Assembly (NCBI GenBank): GCA_042217265.1 | Contig: JBDGSZ010000039.1 | Location: 1 to 39,765, forward strand | Direction: 5' to 3' | Length of the DNA stretch: 39,765 bases | Source: Haloferacaceae archaeon | GTDB lineage: Archaea; Halobacteriota; Halobacteria; Halobacteriales; Haloferacaceae | Part shown: one piece after another, positions 36,406 to 39,765 of the stretch | Numbering within the stretch: position 1 is the stretch's first letter | How the letters are laid out: every line of letters begins with the position of its first letter | Made by a program: the position numbers and the translations under genes | Notes under the pieces: model-generated | The model's input: only the letters and a program-made list of their open reading frames with translations | Told to the model about the DNA's origin: nothing | The model's database searches: none

Positions 36406-36573
36406 ACAGAAGCCATTCCATCGGTCGGTGTTAAACGTTCCGCCCCCGTTTCGCCGGCCTCGTCGCCCCCACTCGGTCCGCGGAAAACCGCCGGATTCCG
36501 TCCGGGCCGCGCCGGAACTATGGGGAAACGTTTATGATACAATGTTAGTTATACCCTCCCGGGTCGTTAGAGT

Positions 36574-38130
36574 GTGACAGACGAAAACACCAAATCCGAG
36601 AAGAAGGCGGATCGCAAGTCGCGCCGTTCAGTCCTCAAGGTCGCCGGCGGAAGCGCCGCGCTGGCCACGATGGGCAGCCTCGCCGGCTGTTCCGGCGGGG
36701 GCGGCGGCGGTGGCGAAGACACGACCACCGAAGGCGGCGACATGACCACCACCAGCGGCGGTGGCGGCGGTGGAACCACGACCGGGCAGGCCCAGAGCGG
36801 GGTCACGCTCCGGATGTGGCTCTCGTACATCACCGAGGGCGGCGGCAAGAAGGAGTACACCAACGAGATCCTCGGTCAGTGGCAGGAGGACACCGGCAAC
36901 ACCCTGAACATCCGGGGCGTGCCGTACACGGACGTCGTCTCGAAGTTCCGCTCGGCCCGCGCGGCCGGCGACGTACCCCACATGGTCGAGGTCATGACCC
37001 GGCCCGGCATCCTCGCCGGCGGCGCCGGCCTGGTCATCAACGACCTCTTCCAGTCCTCGAACCTGGCCGACAAGGTCTCCGACGTCGTCATGGATGGCCA
37101 CCGCGTCTGGGGGTCCCAGTCCACGGGTGAAAAGGGCAACCTCGTCACCATCCCGCTGGGCCTCCGACCGTTCCTCCCGGCCTACAACACCAACCATCTG
37201 GAGAAGGCCGGCATCGACAAGGCCACCGCCCGCGGCATGAGCGGTGGTAGTCTCACCAGCCCCGACGTCACCGAGGGCGGCAGCCACGTGAACAACGTCT
37301 GGAAGCCGCTCAAGAGTTGGGGCGGCGGCGGCATGAGCAACTACTTCCCGGACTCCACCGGGATGAAGCAGTCCGACGAGGAGTACCTATCGGGCTACAT
37401 CCCGATGTTCGGCGGTTCGAAGGCCGGCGTCGTCTCTGTCGACGGCACTAAGGAGACCCTGGACACCGAGGCCGGCCGGAACGCCGTCAAGTGGCAGTTC
37501 CGGAACGTCGAGAAGGGGTACTTCCACTCCAACTCCATCAACCAGGGCGACGAGGAGGTCACCACCCAGCACCAGGAGGGGACGCTCACCATCAACCACG
37601 TGCAGGACTCGACGGACCTCTGGGCCAACTACCGATCCGAGGTGCCCCAGCAGTTCAAGAACGGCGGGTACACGTGGGGGCTGCCGTACAACGGCGGCAC
37701 GAAGTCGTTCCTCTCGTGGCTCCCGTGCCTGGGCTTCATATCCGACGCCAACTGGAACCAGGCCCGGAAGGACGCCGCGATCGACATGCTGAACTACTGG
37801 GTCGCCGACTCCGAGAACGCGCTGTCGAACGCCCAGACGCTCGGGTTCGTGCCGGTCAACCCGAACGCCATCCAGGAGGTCGACTGGTTCGGCAAGACCC
37901 AGCAGCACACCGAGTTCTGGCGCCAGGCCGCCGGCGGCTTCATCGAGAACATCGTCCCGTCGACCATCCCTGCGGTGAAGGGTGCCAACTCCATCACCTA
38001 CCAGATCCCGCGGCGGATGCACCAGGAGATCACCCAGACGAAGTCCGACAAGGGTCTCGACCAGGCCGTCGCGGACGCGACCGCGAAGTACGGCGAGGAG
38101 ATCCAGGCCATCCTCGACCGGAACCAGTAG
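36574..38130 (+). CDS. ABC transporter extracellular solute-binding lipoprotein (family-1, sugar-type), Tat signal
   Basis: GTG start gives MTDENTKSEKKADRKSRRSVLKVAGGSAALATMGSLAGCSGG (RR motif plus lipobox). A Gly/Thr-rich linker follows, then a periplasmic-binding-protein-like body (LRMWLSY..., ...WGLPYNG...). 518 aa. Confidence 0.8.
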   Translation: MTDENTKSEKKADRKSRRSVLKVAGGSAALATMGSLAGCSGGGGGGGEDTTTEGGDMTTTSGGGGGGTTTGQAQSGVTLRMWLSYITEGGGKKEYTNEILGQWQEDTGNTLNIRGVPYTDVVSKFRSARAAGDVPHMVEVMTRPGILAGGAGLVINDLFQSSNLADKVSDVVMDGHRVWGSQSTGEKGNLVTIPLGLRPFLPAYNTNHLEKAGIDKATARGMSGGSLTSPDVTEGGSHVNNVWKPLKSWGGGGMSNYFPDSTGMKQSDEEYLSGYIPMFGGSKAGVVSVDGTKETLDTEAGRNAVKWQFRNVEKGYFHSNSINQGDEEVTTQHQEGTLTINHVQDSTDLWANYRSEVPQQFKNGGYTWGLPYNGGTKSFLSWLPCLGFISDANWNQARKDAAIDMLNYWVADSENALSNAQTLGFVPVNPNAIQEVDWFGKTQQHTEFWRQAAGGFIENIVPSTIPAVKGANSITYQIPRRMHQEITQTKSDKGLDQAVADATAKYGEEIQAILDRNQ

Positions 38131-38150
38131 GCCCCGTCGCCTTCCACCCC

Positions 38151-38160
38151 GTTTCTTTTA
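38151..38160. terminator. T-rich tract (GTTTCTTTTA) between convergent genes
   Basis: The only T-rich run in the 61-nt spacer between the binding-protein stop (38130) and the PrpD-family stop (38192). Archaeal termination commonly uses oligo-T tracts. Confidence 0.35.
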
Positions 38161-38191
38161 TCGGCGCCGACCCCGCCAGCGGCGCGTCCGG

Positions 38192-39550
38192 TCAGTCCCG
38201 CACCGCGACCCGCAGGCGGTCCAGCGCCCCGTCGGCCTCGAGGCCCTCGACCGCCGCCCGGAGGTCGTCGACGGCGTCGTCGCTCAGGACGGCGCCGGCG
38301 GCCTCCTCGAACTTGGCGACCAGGCGCTCCTCGCTCACGGGGTTGTTCGGGCTGCCGGGCGCGTGGCGCTCCGCCGCCTCGTACCGCTCGCCGTCGACCG
38401 TCTCGACAGCCACGCGGGCGCCGTAGCCGGCGAAGTCGTCGCCGAACAGGTCGACCTCGAAGTCCCGCTCGACCTTCTCCATCGCGGCCCGGGTGGCGGG
38501 GGCCCGGACGTACTCGTCGGTGAACTCGTGGACGCCGGCGTCGCCCTCTCGCAACACGGCGGCCAGGCAGAACTCGATGGAAAACTTCGCCTCGAGTTCG
38601 TCCTCGGCGTCGGCGTGGATGAGCATCTCGTTGGCGGCCTCCTCGAGGGTGACGACCACCCGCTCGACGTCCGCCGGCGAGAGGCCGTGGGCCGTGACGA
38701 GGTCACGCATCGCGTCCATCGCGGCGTGGGTGATGACGCCGGAGGGATAGGGCTTGAACCCGACGTCCTCGACCGCCCACTCCTTGGGGTCCGGGAGGCC
38801 CGTCGTCACCGTCGCGGGGTCGTAGCCGTCGTCGAGGGTCATCACCGCGCCGTAGCCCATGTCGCCCGCCAGCGCCGACCGGTCGGCGGTGTAGCCCGCG
38901 TCGGCGAGCATCGCGGCCCGCACGCCCATCTGGGCGGCGTGGCCGGCGTGGAGGGGCTTGGTCATCGTCCCGAAGTTCTTCTTGAGCGACGAGGACGAGG
39001 AGGCGACGACGCCGAACGCCCGGCGGGTCGCGTCCGCGTCCAGGCCGAGGACCGACGCGGCGGCGGCGGCCGCGCCGAACGACCCGACGGTGCCGGTGCT
39101 GTGCCAGCCGTTGTCGTAGTGGCTCGGGTAGGTGGCGTGGCCGACCCGGTAGGCGACCTCGCAGCCGACCGCGTAGGCCGCGAGCAGGTCCCGGCCGTCG
39201 GCGTCGACCGTCTCGCCCGCCGCCAGCGCCGCCGCGAAGACCGGCGAGGTGGGGTGGATGACGATGGACTCGAAGGTGTCGTCGTAGTCGACTGCGTGGC
39301 CGAAGGTGCCGTTGGCGAGCGCCGCGCCGGGCGCGCTCGCGGTCGTCCCGTCGAGGACCGTCGCGTCGTCGCCGGGGAACGCCCGGCTGACGTAGCCGCC
39401 GATGCGGTCGCCCACGGGGTGGTCGCCCCCGTAGACCGCGACGCCGACGTAGTCCCTGATGGCCACCTTCGACGCTTCGTGGACCCGGTCGGGCACGTCC
39501 CCGTACCCGGTTTCCGCGACGAACTCCGCGAGCGCTGTCGTCTCCTCCAT
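38192..39550 (-). CDS. MmgE/PrpD-family protein (2-methylcitrate-dehydratase-like fold; substrate unknown)
   Basis: Start re-set to ATG 39550: MEETTALAEFVAETGYGDVPDRVHEASKVAIRDYVGVAV, a typical PrpD-family N-terminus. Also WHSTGTVGSFGAAAAA and KPLHAGHAA. Confidence 0.85.
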   Translation of the reverse strand: MEETTALAEFVAETGYGDVPDRVHEASKVAIRDYVGVAVYGGDHPVGDRIGGYVSRAFPGDDATVLDGTTASAPGAALANGTFGHAVDYDDTFESIVIHPTSPVFAAALAAGETVDADGRDLLAAYAVGCEVAYRVGHATYPSHYDNGWHSTGTVGSFGAAAAAASVLGLDADATRRAFGVVASSSSSLKKNFGTMTKPLHAGHAAQMGVRAAMLADAGYTADRSALAGDMGYGAVMTLDDGYDPATVTTGLPDPKEWAVEDVGFKPYPSGVITHAAMDAMRDLVTAHGLSPADVERVVVTLEEAANEMLIHADAEDELEAKFSIEFCLAAVLREGDAGVHEFTDEYVRAPATRAAMEKVERDFEVDLFGDDFAGYGARVAVETVDGERYEAAERHAPGSPNNPVSEERLVAKFEEAAGAVLSDDAVDDLRAAVEGLEADGALDRLRVAVRD

Positions 39551-39611
39551 ACCTCCCCGCGGGCGACCGACGGACAAATGTCTCCCGGAACCGGTCGACG
39601 GCGGCCCGCAC

Positions 39612-39764
39612 TCAGTACGACCGCGGGAGGCCGAGCTCCTTCTCGCCGATGTAGTTGAGCGCAAGCTGCTGGGTGATGGGGACCAGCCGGGTCAGCCGCG
39701 CCTCGCGGAAGTACCGCTCGACGTCGTACTCGGTGGCGACGCCGAACCCGCCGTGGGCCTGGAC
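39612..39764 (-). CDS. 3' end of an acyl-CoA dehydrogenase-family gene (the 5' part lies beyond the window)
   Basis: My translation of the minus strand: VQAHGGFGVATEYDVERYFREARLTRLVPITQQLALNYIGEKELGLPRSY*. The pattern GG(F/Y)G...Y.(V/L)ERY(F/Y)R(D/E)A(K/R) is the C-terminal helix region of acyl-CoA dehydrogenases. Stop codon (TGA on the minus strand, read as TCA on plus) at 39612-39614. Not in the ORF track. Confidence 0.6.
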   Translation of the reverse strand, partial: VQAHGGFGVATEYDVERYFREARLTRLVPITQQLALNYIGEKELGLPRSY

Positions 39765-39765
39765 G

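Noticed and set aside
36434-36532. Recurrent AACGTT core in promoter regions (15085-15090, 36434-36439, 36527-36532) as a possible shared operator
   Set aside because: In each case the hexamer abuts or overlaps the TATA-like element (CGTTTAAC, CGTTTATG), so it is more simply explained as BRE/TATA-proximal sequence. Three occurrences without a common extended dyad are insufficient.
1-39765. Search for tRNA, rRNA, CRISPR repeats, IS/transposase, integrase, prophage, toxin-antitoxin or defence genes
   Set aside because: Reading every intergenic region (the longest are 35726-36081, 5260-5462, 21902-22102, 11373-11558, 7395-7574, 28143-28312 and 36406-36573) showed no cloverleaf-like sequence, no regularly spaced direct repeats and no terminal inverted repeats. 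No ORF has nuclease, recombinase or transposase motifs apart from MutL. This was a by-eye search. A tRNAscan/Infernal/CRISPR-finder run would be the definitive check.

Overview
The window looks like a core chromosomal segment of a haloarchaeon (class Halobacteria). The evidence: very high G+C by eye, Asp/Glu-rich proteins, twin-arginine/lipobox signals, AT-rich TATA-like hexamers about 27 nt upstream of many start codons (leaderless mRNAs), and GGAGGTGA Shine-Dalgarno sites only at operon-internal genes. I can support 33 protein-coding genes. Two are cut by the window edges and two are shorter than anything in the ORF track. I found no rRNA, tRNA, CRISPR array, transposase/integrase or other mobile-element signature. 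Gene content by position: (1) 2-4823, a four-gene FdnG-like molybdopterin oxidoreductase operon (alpha, 4Fe-4S beta, two membrane subunits). (2) 4858-11372, a small Cys/His protein, a ThDP enzyme, a membrane CPxCG micro-protein, an FG-GAP lipoprotein, a D-2-hydroxyacid dehydrogenase, a PsiE-like membrane protein, and a KDG-kinase-like PfkB protein with a degenerate catalytic motif. (3) 11559-21901, an unlisted 51-aa zinc-ribbon micro-protein, mutL, a second 2-hydroxyacid dehydrogenase divergent from a second ThDP enzyme, a REC-PAS protein, mutS and thiDN. (4) 22103-25061, a REC-PAS-GAF-PAS-GAF protein and a DsbA-like oxidoreductase. (5) 25128-31464, a 1004-aa FAD/Fe-S dehydrogenase fusion divergent from an enolase-superfamily dehydratase, a Bat-type HTH regulator and an MFS transporter. 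(6) 31534-38130, small membrane proteins and a sugar-type ABC importer with unusual gene order. (7) 38192-39764, a PrpD/MmgE protein and the 3' end of an acyl-CoA dehydrogenase gene. Many long ORFs in the track are GC-rich shadow ORFs or 5'-extended versions of the real genes. I re-set several starts using motif onset plus TATA/SD position. I do not see a clear novel system such as a defence island, toxin-antitoxin pair or exotic RNA. The most under-described candidates are the rearranged membrane module of the molybdoenzyme, the dehydrogenase/dehydratase/regulator/transporter cluster, the PfkB protein lacking the canonical GXGD motif, the zinc-finger micro-proteins, and the split ABC locus with its long non-coding spacer. 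All functional calls rest on motif recognition by eye. No database search was run.
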